A stretch of 64,000 bases of DNA, taken from Pavona decussata (taxonomy: Eukaryota). The notes under the pieces are model-generated. The model saw nothing but the letters and a program-made list of their open reading frames with translations, was not told where the DNA came from and made no database searches. The stretch is taken from assembly GCA_977016875.1 (NCBI GenBank), contig CDRNST010000382.1, positions 1,798,001 to 1,862,000 of the forward strand, read 5' to 3'. This document shows, one piece after another, positions 51,739-63,506 of this stretch. Position numbers and translations under genes: made by a program. The first letter of the stretch is position 1; every line of letters starts with the position of its first letter.

Positions 51739-52878
51739 TGTTAGGGACATTTCGAGTTGCATTACATTATGTACGTTCTGACAATTATCACGTGTTATGT
51801 GATGCAGCATGGTTGAACTCGGACTCTCTGCTATTGAACTTGACTCGAGACGCGTTGAGATTTGTCGAGATAGTTTTGTATTGTAAAAGGTTTACGGTCG
51901 TGGAATAGAATCTACATTTTGGTCCTCTGAGCCGAATATTCGCATTGGTGTAATAATTGGACTGTAATCGGAAACAGTGTTGTGAAATTTGCAAGAGACT
52001 CGTCAAAACTTGGAAACATTTGACAGGAATTATATTGATAAAAAAACTTGAACTGGAAGAATTATGGATGGAAGAATAAAGAGTTAAAGAAGAGAAAAAG
52101 AACCCTCAAGACAAGTATTACGAAGCTTCTAAATGAATAAGCCAAGGAAAACAAGGAAAATGTCATGGCAAAAGTACAGGACATCGACAAGCGATGGGAT
52201 GGTAGAGCGGATTCGAATCCCAAAGTTTTCGGGCGACAAGAAAGGATATCAGTCATGGTGGGCAGCGTTTTCCAGTTGTGTGGATAAAACAGCTCAGTAT
52301 AAAACCTTACAGCTTAAAAGTTGATTAGAAAGGGAAGTGGCCAAAATGGTGAAAGAGCTTGGTTACTCCGATCATGCGAACGAAGCAGCTAAGGCAAGGT
52401 TGAATCGAAAGTATGGGGAAAACAGGCGACAGGTTCAAGGCCATATCGATGAGCTACGTAAGATGAGGTAAATAAACGCTGATAATCCAAAAGACCTAGA
52501 AAGATTAGCCGACAAAGTGGAGAGGACTGTGGTTTCTTTAACGGAAAATAAAAAGTTTGAGTACCAGGTATAAGTATCAGAAATTAAGCATGGTTTGTCC
52601 AGTGTGGGAAGTGAACAAGGAAAGAGCTCAACTAAGTCTTATTTCGGGACCACAGAAGAGAAACATAAATGTCCCTGTAAAGTGTGCAACCCAAAACACC
52701 CAATTTGGAAACGTGTTATGTTCAAGGGAATGGAACCTAGAAAGTAGAGATGGCGAAGAAACTCGGACTGTGTTACAATCGCTTGGGGAAAGGGCACCTT
52801 GGTGACTCATGTACTTGGAGCAGAGAGTGTGGAATTGACGGATGTAAAGACAGACACCTTCGGTTACTTCACAAGTTG
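51739..52878 (+). mobile_element. 5' part of a second BEL/Pao element: putative LTR (51739-51916), PBS and gag
   Basis: TG...CA followed by TGGTCCTCTGAGCCG (51920), resembling the complement of the tRNA-Tyr 3' end. Gag IPKFSGDKKGYQSWWAAF, ARLNRKYG and knuckles CYNRLGKGHLGDSC..CGIDGCKDRH. Confidence 0.75.
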
Positions 52879-54380
52879 TGTAGAGGTAACCGCTATCATC
52901 TACTAATCACTGGAAACTTCAAAACAAAAAGCGGTAATATCGTGAAAGCATCACAGACCTACATCTATGAGTGGCTAAATAAATGGATGACAAAAGAAGG
53001 AAGACCAAAAGCATCATGCAAAGCAGTAAAGTATTTTGATAATTATATCGAATACTTAAAAGCTTTCCCACACCAAACTCGTGCGTACAGCCAAGACATG
53101 ATTGACCTCACTGAAGAAGGTTATTTCAATCCAACAGAAGAACAATGGAACACTTATCTACTGCACACAAACAACACGCAAGAGGAAATGGAAGATCAAA
53201 TGGAAATGACACCAAAGATTAAATTAACACCACCTGACAAGACTTTCATTGAGATAAAAGATTATCTTAATGAATCTGGTGCACGCAATCAAAAGGCAAT
53301 AGTACGATGGGCACACAAATTACCACAGAATGACCCCAGGTAACAACACATCACCATCCAGTTATTTCGCCGCAAAGAACTTTGATTAACATGTTGACTG
53401 AGCCCTCCAGGCTAATCGGATTGAAAGAACCGCAGACAACTGGCGCCAGAGATTAGAAGATCACAAGCCAAGATAAAACATGATGTCTATCGCTGAATCA
53501 ATAGCACTAATTAAAGAATGGCACCAACACAATGAATTCCAGATGGAAACAGAAGACAGCGGTAACCAGAGCGTGACAGCCACCTTTGATGCTATTCTAA
53601 GCAAGAAGAGTGAGAAAGTGAATAAAATAGTGCTATTTGGAGGCTCCAACGCTGGAAAATCCATTATCTTGAAATCGGCATTTGAAGTATTCGCAGATGT
53701 CAACTACATGTACCAGGGGGTGGCAGACAATTTCATGTTTGAAGGAGTGGAGGACACTGAAGTATGCATATGGGAAGAAGCACTACTCTCCGCAGAACAG
53801 CAAGAAACCATCAAACTCATCATGGAAAGCGCAGAAACAGCAGCTGCAGCAAAGTACCGCAAGAATGTTCAAATAGATCGCGTGCCGCTGGGAATAACAT
53901 GCAATGTATTACCATGGGTCATGATCCCTGGCGCAGCCCACAAGAAAGCATTCGAAAACAGATTAATCATCTTCAAGTGCACGGAAATGCCACAACTAAA
54001 TGATTACGCAGGAAAAGGGAGAATAAATCCACAGACGTGGCTCCACATTGACACAGTGTATTGGCACAGGCAAGAAGGTAAGTTGGGTTGATTACATACG
54101 GGGGTGATGTAGAACTTATTTAATATTAGCTTTACTTCACAACCTGAATGTAATCTTCTGAATACAACTTACAGGTGATGAACAAGAAGAGTCAGACTAC
54201 TGGGACGGAGACAGTGAAGACGGCGAGCTCCTATCATCCACGACTGATTCCACAATCAACTACTGCTTATCACGCAACGCCATCACAATCGTGGAGCACA
54301 ACAGAATCGTACCAGAAGAGAACCCACGGACTCTTAGTGTACTTAGTACAAGATGGACTGAGACCGAGGAGGAGAGTTGA
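52879..54380 (+). pseudogene. Endogenous parvovirus/densovirus-like NS1 (HUH-like N-terminus plus SF3 helicase)
   Basis: YHLLITG and YIEYLK (RCR motif II/III-like); Walker A GGSNAGKS, Walker B VCIWEE, B' IKLIMES..KY, motif C ITCN; stop at 53341 and frameshifts; candidate intron 54078-54174. Confidence 0.82.
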
Positions 54381-54409
54381 ACTCCAATGTGGATTCAGGT
54401 CAGCCAGTA

Positions 54410-54980
54410 AAGTCAGTACCACAAGAACCTCACACAATTCCTTTAAAATCACAACGTAGACATAGAGTTTGAATCAAAAACACACCTATCAAAAACAACA
54501 TCACTAACACTTCAGTTCAATGGAACTGGTATTCCATCCCTTATCAAGACCAACGCTGGTATTGGACACCAAGAAAACGTGGAAAAGCAATGATTTTTGA
54601 ACTCATGCGTCTAAAAGACATCTCTTTTAAATACACAGGCTTTAACGCTCAATTTGATGTTCAATTAACACTTTCAACTGGAACTAAGGTAGATGCACAT
54701 CCCACTGGGATGCCCAACCTTTGGACATACATAGACTCAAAAAAAAAAACTCCCCCCCCCCCCCCCCAAAAAAAAAAAACTCCGTGGCAATGGATGAAAA
54801 GAGCTTGTCAACAATCCTCTGCAACAAAGGAGATGCAACAACCAGCGAACTCAAACTCTGGCAGTGCAAAAACAACAGCTACACAGCTCAAACACCTGGA
54901 AGCAGGCCATCAACAAATTCTGATGATTTTCTCATCTGGGAAGATGTTGAAATTGTCAATCAACCAGAATTCCGCGAGAT
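54410..54980 (+). pseudogene. Parvoviral capsid (VP) N-terminal fragment
   Basis: Directly downstream of NS1 on the same strand. WNWYSIPYQDQRWYWTP..MRLKDISFKYTGF resembles the parvoviral jelly-roll W..IPY....Y.TP segment; frameshifted. Confidence 0.6.
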
Positions 54981-55039
54981 GATTCGAAACACATGTCTAT
55001 CTTTTCTCCTGTCTCATTCGACTTTGATATTTTTTTAGG

Positions 55040-58000
55040 CTGCTTTATCTAGCCAAAAAGAATTTGTCCCTGAGGCTGAAGGTGATCTACAAGATGAAGT
55101 TTGTGGAGTATTCGATGATCCAGTTGAAAGTGACAGTTTCCCTAAACATCTTGAAGGGAAACCATCCGATGACAAAGCTTGTCAGGTCCCAGCTGCCCAC
55201 AATCGCAGGTCTACGAATGTGTTGGTCCCCAAAGGAAGATTGACCTTAGGAATGAAATTATGAGTAAAATAGACATGCTGCTAGGAAACTAGGTGAGCAC
55301 GGAACTCAGGCCATCATGAGAGATATTCTTAGAACCAAAAAATTCAGAGCTCAGTTTGCTGATGTATTTAATAGCCACCAGAAAAAAGAGCAGTGATGAT
55401 AAACTGTTGAGGCCATTAGCCAAGGACTACATTGCGATCAAAGATAAAGACAGCAGCCGACTGATACGGAGACAGGGTGCAAAAGTAACTAGCAAACTTC
55501 TAATTGGTGACAGTATGAAAGGGAATAACCTCAATGTGAGTGGAGTGGGACAAGGAAGAAATCGAGTTGAGACTGTGTGAGCTATTGGACGTGTCAGTAA
55601 GTTTGGGGATGAAGGGAGGAGGCTGTTGTCAATTGTAGCCCAGGACTTTATATCTGAAATTCAGAAGTATTTTTCTTGCTCAAGACCACCATCACTGCAG
55701 CAAGAGTGTATGCCACATTGTTTGGAAAAGGTGGTGTCCCCCATGATGGTCTTTCATTTACCAGACAGGCAGTAAGCCCAGAAATCGTACCTGAATTTCA
55801 AAATTTATCAACCAAGATGACATCTCAAGGCCTTCTTCATGTAGAAGTGTGCTTGTTGATGGAAAGGAAACTGCGGTCAGATATTGGCAGTGTGACATCA
55901 ACGATGTTATCCAGCAATATCAGCTTCAGTTCCCTGATGGTCTGAAGAGGACCTACATTTATTCTCATCTGCATAGAAATTTTAGAATGAACACAATGCT
56001 GGCAGGTCTTTGCAACCTGTGTGATGACTTTGGTCATTCCAACTTTGAATCCGTACACCTGCGCCTAGATGACCTCAAAAAAGTTGGTGTGTTACCTGCC
56101 ACTGCTCATTCTGAATTTGTCTCAGCCACAAGACAGTACCAAAAGGTTCTGAAGGTGGAAGTAGAAATACATGTACAGCACAATATTGGTATCATATGAA
56201 AAATGCTGAATCTGCAGTCAGGGATGGAAATATTGAAATCTAAACTGGTCTGACACTGACTAATTTACTCAATGTCCAACACTCATAAAACATAATTAAG
56301 TTAGTTTTTAATGAACTTTGTACATGCTGTTTTGTACATTAGTCACCATCAGACCAGTTCAGATTTCATCAGGGAAGGGGTTAGGCCAAACTTTAGAACT
56401 GATAAACTAAAGAAGTCTAAATTATATAGGAATTTAAGATAATTGAAATAGCTAAAAAACTACGTTCTTAGGACGTTGCGAATTTGTAGACCTGGGTATT
56501 GTGCAATGAGCTTCAGGTGAAGGATGCTAAAAAAATCAGATTGAACAGTTTAGATTTGGTTAAGACTAATGTTCTCTTAATACAAGGCTATCAATTACCT
56601 GCCCCAAGTCTTCAGAAGAGAAATATTCAAAGTAATTCACTGAACCATTTGATTAAAATGAATATGACAAGATAGATTTCCCCTAAGCAAAGTACACAGG
56701 CCTTATGGATGGTCTACTAGGGCAAGGCCATGACTGATTATTATGGGTCAGGTTCACCCATCAAGAACAAATAACAGGAACAAAGCACCTAGCCCCCAAA
56801 ACAGTAGGGACTGACAGTAGTGCCAGTATGATTACAAGCTTACAAAAGATGTGGCACTACTGGTTATTGTTTTAAAAAGTAATATTTTGACGTTCATCGT
56901 CTATAGGAAACTGAATCTAGGTTGTACCTTTGTTACTTAGGGCATTTACAAATTTCATCTTTAACATCCTAATATATTTAGGTAGCCTATAAGAAATATT
57001 TCTTGTGTTCCTTGTTTAAGATTTTTTTTTCTCATTTTGTTGGGCATTTTGTTTCCTCTCTTTTGTGGTTTAGCTGGAGAGGCATTCTGCTTGTGCTGAG
57101 TTGCACTTGGATTATGCTCTGGGGCACTGTTCCAAGGAACACAACCAGCATTCCTTCAACATAGATGAATTTCACAAGATCCGGAAAGGAGTTGAAGAAT
57201 CTTTGGAACAAATTGATCTGCCCAGAAAGAAGAATCTTTGGAACAAATTGTTGATCTGCCCAGAAAGGTTTCCTTCTTCAAGTCCTGGGAACAAATTGTT
57301 TCAAACCATAATGAGTACCTTGCACTCATAGTCCGCACAAAACACCAGGGGAGCTACTATTGCCATGTTCTTGCAAACCTTTGTCCTGGTGAGATCGTCG
57401 TAATCATCCATTACGAGATGAAAGTTGAGCTCAGGCTTAGGACTCGTGAAAACTAACGAGAGTGGTATGAAAAGAGGGGAATTTCTCTCCATGGTTTCGT
57501 AGTAATTGCACAGGTTTGCTCTTGGCCGGACAGTGTTTATCTACTAGATAAAATGTGAGCAGGCTATCTGTATGAGCCATTGTAAAATTCATTAATTATT
57601 CATCAAAGTAATGACCAATTGATAGGTGGTATTTGAGTCACATGTTCACCTCTGTAGATCCCAATCATTAACTTTTGATACAGATCTCTACTGATTAAAA
57701 TGCACAACACAACACATTCAATAATTATCTATTGTTTCATTTCACAAATACAATCTACATGGGCTTTACAAGGGTATTTAAAATTTTCCTTTTTCAGATT
57801 TTGCTGTGAAGTGCAACCTAAGTTTTTGTACATGTAACCAATTTGACTTTGTAAACTTGTACATCCCATTTGATTTGATTTTTTACTATTTTTTAGGTGG
57901 TTGAGGGACAGAGAAAGACAGAAGTAATTGACTAATGGTCTGAAGATACCAAGCAAGATACCTGGTTTACGCAAAGTGCCCTTGACATTGGTTTCAGATG

Positions 58001-58045
58001 GTTGGAAACTGTTTACCCAGGATTTTCAGTCTACTTGTTTTCTGG
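55040..58045 (+). pseudogene. Intron-containing DDE transposase relic, Sola3-like
   Basis: RRLLSIVA, AARVYA..G.G, LAGLCNLCDDFG, IIHYEMK..REN*REWYEKRGISLHG and KQDTWFT match the D..MK..RE.Q.EW.GKRG.S.H motif as I recall it for Sola3; superfamily uncertain. Confidence 0.6.
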
Positions 58046-58214
58046 AATGTTTTTTTGTTAAGAAAAATGTGTAGTACCTGAATAAGTTACGTAGTACATG
58101 ATAGTAGCTTGTCAACATGATGTGGGGCACATGGTGTCATAATTCGTTCTTTCTTTCCATTACAAAACTGTTAAAGGTTCTTTGCTATTCCTATACATGA
58201 AAGATTTAAAGAAA

Positions 58215-58542
58215 TAGATGGTGTTAAAGTGGGTTACAAACCTTGCAATGTTTTGCGCACGCATTCCCGAGACCAAAGGACAAACCTTCTCCTGTGCAGT
58301 GCCGAGGTGTTGTTTACAAGGTCGGCTGTGTTGATTGCAACTTCATTTATTATGGACAGACTGACCGAGCCTTGGAAACAAGGTTAAAAGAATATAAACA
58401 GGCAGTTCGGGTTGGAGAAAATAACTCCAAAATTACACAACAGGTGAACCAGTTTGTCCATAATATAGACTTCGACCATGTGACAATTGTAGACAAGGCT
58501 CGTAATTTTCACGAGAGACTTTTCCTCGAGGCTTGGTATTAA
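58215..58542 (+). pseudogene. Penelope-like element GIY-YIG endonuclease fragment
   Basis: PKDK..GVVYKVGCVDCNFIYYGQTDRALETRLKE..RLFLEAW. Confidence 0.85.
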
Positions 58543-59269
58543 TTAACTAACGGTGTTTCTACTGTTAACAATAGTCAGTGCCAAACAAAACTTTTTTAGT
58601 TCTAATGACACCTTCCATGTTAAGGAATTTATTATAAATGTATTTGAGTTGTTTTGTTATTGGTGAATGAGTCAAACTATGGTTTGTCAATTTTCAATTC
58701 CATTCACACGAGCTATTGTGGACACTTCATCTTTTTCTTAGGATCATGGGACTTCTCTTCCACCACGTAAATACACATTTAAACATTAATACCAGTGAGT
58801 TAATTGAATAAGGTACTTGGTACTCATGAGAAGACCTTCATCTCTGGTGAACCTTTAAATTTGTCTTAGATATCTTTAAGGTTAAAATGCACTGGACTCA
58901 GAACCAGGCCAAGAAAACTATAAAACACCACAACAGTTCAAGGACCATGCAAGGATATGGGCAAGGTTCTTTCGAGTGGTACATCATGATGAGGTAATTG
59001 TGTTCTTTGCATTGAAAACCTACGTTAAAGAAGCTTGCAAATTCTCTATCTATAAAGCGGGACAAAGATAAGCATGATATCCGAGATAGGAAGAGTCATC
59101 ACTTGCAACGGTTTTAATCGAGCAAACGAGAGACTGCTTGCAGTCTATTCCTTGGCTACGATTTGAGAAAGAGAAGTCTTTAAATTAATCTGGGATGTAA
59201 AAACATTGAAACCACTTGAAATACAAGGTAAGTACCATTATATATTTTTTCTCCATATTTTCCGTTTTA

Positions 59270-59490
59270 GGATGTGACTCCACACATACATGGTAAGGTC
59301 CATTTCTCCACCGTGTTGATTTTTTTTAAAATGATTTCCAATCTTACAGTCATTTATAAAAGAACTAATTAAACCCTGGTGAAAAATCTATTTTGTTTTA
59401 CTTCAGCTCTAGTGTATCATGTCCCTCAGTTCCTCGAGAAATGTGGAGGACTTTCCATTTTCAATTGTCAGCGAGTAGAAAAGAAAAAAT
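59270..59490 (+). pseudogene. C-terminal fragment of a RAG1/Transib-like DDE transposase (two exons)
   Basis: DVTPHIH|ALVYHVPQFLEKCGGLSIFNCQRVEKK resembles the T.Y.H...H.P....G....F...E motif; GT-AG intron about 59293-59407. Confidence 0.45.
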
Positions 59491-59960
59491 CACCAGCAGT
59501 CACGAATGTTCCACCAGGGAACACAAAATGGGAGGACGGAAATCCAGCTACACAAAGCAAGTCATGGTTAAAGAAATCAGGAAAATTTATGCCAGAGTAA
59601 AGAATCTCTACAGAACAAAGAGAACATATCAGAGAAGGGGGCATACAGAGAACGATCCTGGAGCTCTGCACCTTTACACTCACCAGAATTTGGAGGAGGG
59701 CTAGAAAGACAAGACAATACACGATTTTTATTTTTGGGCAATAGATAATTGTGTTAAAAATGAATGAAAGGTTAGACCCCAGACATGGACACCATAAGTG
59801 AGAAAAGGATAGATGAGAGTAATACATCATGATAAGAATATGGTTGTCGACAAAATGTCGCACTTTTCACAAGATATCTACTGTTTATGAGTTTCAAACA
59901 AAGTTAATTGATAATTGATATGACTTTTCCATGTCAAGTTGGAAGCAAATGTTATGCCTA

Positions 59961-60234
59961 CAATCATCGAAAAAATTCTTGGGAAGGTTCCAAAGTTCTG
60001 CCTCGATTACACTTTCCTCCCCTCCCCTGTTTCAATGTTGAGCTTAAAAAGTCGATGTTGAGGCGTATATGGATTGTTGGGAATCCAACTTTGAACAGGG
60101 GGGCAGGGGGGAAGGGGAGACGACAAACAAAGGCCTAAACTTGCAAAAGTAATAAATGTGCCGATCTCCATAACAGAGACCCACTTTCTGTCACCTTCTT
60201 GAGTAACCTTCCCAAAAAGAATTGTCGTTGATTG
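59961..60234. mobile_element. MITE with imperfect TIRs
   Basis: CAATCATCGAAAAAATTCTTGGGAAGGTT versus AACCTTCCCAAAAAAGAATTGTCGTTGATTG; inner palindrome CCCCTGTT..AACAGGGG. Confidence 0.6.
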
Positions 60235-60649
60235 TCTGCCGAAATGGTGTTTGGACGTTGGGTCTCTATACTTTGTGAAAGTTTTCTAAGAAAAATTTCC
60301 ACACCTTATTTCTAAGATGTGATGCGAGCTACAGTTTATGTTATGTTGTTCTCCTTGTTTCGCAAAGGAATTTTACTTTTGGTAATTAATGTTTACTTTA
60401 AAGGAAGTGTACAATTGTATTTTTCTAAATACCTTCATGTGTAGCATATTCATATAATTTACTTCTATTACGTTTGATTTCCCTGTAAACCACAAAGTTC
60501 ATTGCGGAACAGAATACAGGTGTCCATTTCCAGTCCTTAACATTATTTTAGGGTGTTGGGGGGGGAGGGTGTGCGAATCGTTATGTCGGTAGACGGATAT
60601 GCTTATCTCAAGGAGTGGCGTCGCTTCCGTCTCTTTTAGTGTTTACAAT

Positions 60650-61982
60650 ATGGCAAGCCTTAACCACCACGATGTTAGAGAATGCGAGCAGCGACTGGTT
60701 TATTTAATTACCTACAATAGGCCGGATCTAGACAAAATACCTACAGCCTTTTCCGAAGTAGTAGAGCAGGCATGGACGGCGGTAACAGGTGTAAAGTTGA
60801 AACAATGGGTTGTTGCGCTGGAATACCACTCTGATGCAAGTTCCTCTGAAGCATGGAACAGCTCCCATCTTCACATGGTGCTCGAGCTGGAGAAGCGAAC
60901 AAGGTGGACGAGAGTACGCAAGTTTCTAGGCAACTCATTTGGCATCAAAGTCAATTTCAGTTCGCATCACACGTACTACTCTGCATACAAATATACTACG
61001 AAGGATGACGTAGAGGCTGTACATTCCAATTTCCACCCAGATTTAACAAGTGCACCACCTCCCAAAACAGAACAAGCTATCCATAACGGGAACAGTTCTG
61101 GCAAAAGGAAGAATCCCGCAAAGCAGTCACAAAAGCGTGGCCTTTCTGCCTATCAAGTTGCAGAATTGATTCAGGCAAAGAAAATAACTTCGCAACTCCA
61201 ACTTATGGCTTTTGTAGCAGCACAGAATCGAGAGGGAAAGAAAGATTTGTCTGCATTTATTTGCAATCGAGGAGGAAAAGTTGTTGACGAGTGTTTAGCT
61301 GTTGCCCTAGAGTTGTCTACAGTGGAAGAGAAGTATGCAAGAAGGCAGAAGTCGCACCTTCAACTCCTACAGGAAATGAAGGACCCAAACTGTGTAGCTG
61401 GTTGTAACGGCCAATGGCTACAAGCCGCTTATACCTTACTGCAAAAAAAATGAAATTGCAGTAAGCGTGTTTTCCACAGCAGTGTTTACGTTATTGCAAC
61501 AAGGGATGGGCAAGTACAGAAATTTATTTATTTATGGAGCTGCCAACTGTGGGAAAACTTTCAAGCTTTCCCTGCTAAAGGAAATCTACAACACGTTTTG
61601 TTACCCTGCAACCGCCACATTCGCTTGGGTTGGCGCGGAAGAAGCGGAGATTATTTTACTTACCAACTTCCGCTGGAAACCATCAATAATAGCGTGGGCT
61701 GACATGCTGTAACTACTAGAAGGGGATATCGTGCATTTACTAGCTCCTAAAAATTTTTCCAAGCGTGACATTAAGCTTGGCAAAGATACCCCGGTGTTTG
61801 CAACGGCTGACCCGCCAATTGTTTTTATCAAAGGAGGGGCAATTTGCCACTCAAACACCGAAATAATGGATGTCCGTTGGCAATTTTTCCATTACTGGCG
61901 ACAAATTCCCCCAGCGGGGCAACTACATTTAGTGCCTTGTGGACATTGCTTTGCTCAACTGATTTCACAACACAATAATTGA
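60650..61982 (+). pseudogene. HUH endonuclease (Rep) plus SF3 helicase, CRESS/parvovirus-like rolling-circle initiator
   Basis: Motif I VYLITY, II HLHMVL, III YKYTTK; Walker A YGAANCGKT, degenerate B IILLTNFRW, C PVFAT. Only an A8 frameshift (61443-61450) and one TAA (61710) interrupt about 443 codons. Confidence 0.85.
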
Positions 61983-62120
61983 CTTGCTGACAACCACAAC
62001 ATTACCAACTTGATCTTCTTATCGCTTACATCAATACTCCACCGCTGGGAAAAACATTACTCCATTTTTTTTTATTGAAATTAGCAATTTAAATATTGCC
62101 AAAACTGAAGTAAGCACATT

Positions 62121-63506
62121 TGTGACCTTGCACAGGAAAACGTACTTTAACGCTTTTCCGTTAAACGGGTAAAAACGGACGGATAGGTAACGGATGGTTA
62201 ACGGCTTCCAAAGCGTTCTAACGTTTTGTTCTAACGTTCTAACGGATAGTGCGCAATGCCTAACGGATTGCAAAAGCGTTTTAACGGTTGCGCAATCTGT
62301 TCTAACGGATAGCTTGAGCCGTTAAACGGTTGAACAAAATATCTAATGGATGATGTAAAGGCGTTAAACGGTTTGCTTAACGGCCACCTGAAAGCGTTTA
62401 ACGGTGGAGTTATGACGAAAAAAGCGCAGCCGACTGCAAAAACAATGCATTAGAAGCGAAAACCCGAGACGAAACGATTGAAAGAAACAAGTGAAGGGAC
62501 TCAAACCAAATTAAACCCAACATTGCCCACAAACCAAACAGACTGACAGACTGAAGAGAGGCTTTTCTTAACCGAATAAAAGATCAAACCTAGGCGAGAA
62601 AATAATCGAGTTGCTCATTGTTAGCTTATGAACTTGAGTCCCGACACACTAATTCGAATTTTCGAAGAGAAAAATAATTATTTTCACTGCTCTTAGAATC
62701 TGACTTCCAAGGTAAGTTACCCAGATAGTAAAATGTCAGCCGTTCAACTCCTCTAGGACCGGAAAAGTAGGAAATTAGAACAACGCATTGGATGAAAACA
62801 AAGATTATGTCTTTGTTTTTCTGTGAGCTGTCATAGTAAACAACTAGTACTTTATGCAAATTTGTTGAGCAAAATATCAATCGACCATCTGTTCATTGTT
62901 TTACTCTAATTTGCCGTGCACTACAGTGATCTTTATTCATCGACTTGACAGGTAGGTTTTGGTCGCTGTAGTTCCAATCTGAATTTAATTTATCTTATAA
63001 TCGAACCGAAGGGCATTATGTCCTTATTTATTTATTTACTTTTTTTTTTTTTTTCGTTTCCCGGACTCGGGGTCAATAGTGCATCAAACTAATCGTGACA
63101 CTTCACGGGACACAGTTATTTCTCGACGTCATATTGTAGAGCAAGTGGACTTGGGAATTAAAAAAAAGATTCATATTAACCGTTTTTGTGACATCGTTAA
63201 GCGGATAGACTTAAGGATGGAGAGCGCTTCATCTGTTCTAACGGATGCAAAGTTTCTTAACGGCTACTTTACCCGTTAAACGGATGCTGGATTTTCCTAA
63301 CGGCTTACTCAGCCGCTCTAACGGCTACCAAATTCTCTTTAACGGCTACGCTAACGGTTCTAACGGTTTGATGTGAACGTTTAACGGGTACGCTAACGCC
63401 TCTAACGTTTTTGATAAAGTTCTTTAACGGATGACTAACGGATACTTAACGGCATTGCCCGTTTAACGGATAAGCGTTAAAGTACGTTTTCCTGTGCAAG
63501 GTCACA
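62121..63506. mobile_element. Non-autonomous TIR transposon with TAACGG subterminal arrays
   Basis: About 49-bp TIRs TGTGACCTTGCACAGGAAAACGTACTTTAACGCTT.TCCGTTAAACGGG; dense TAACGG motifs at 62145-62410 and 63170-63480; at most a TT TSD. Confidence 0.85.
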
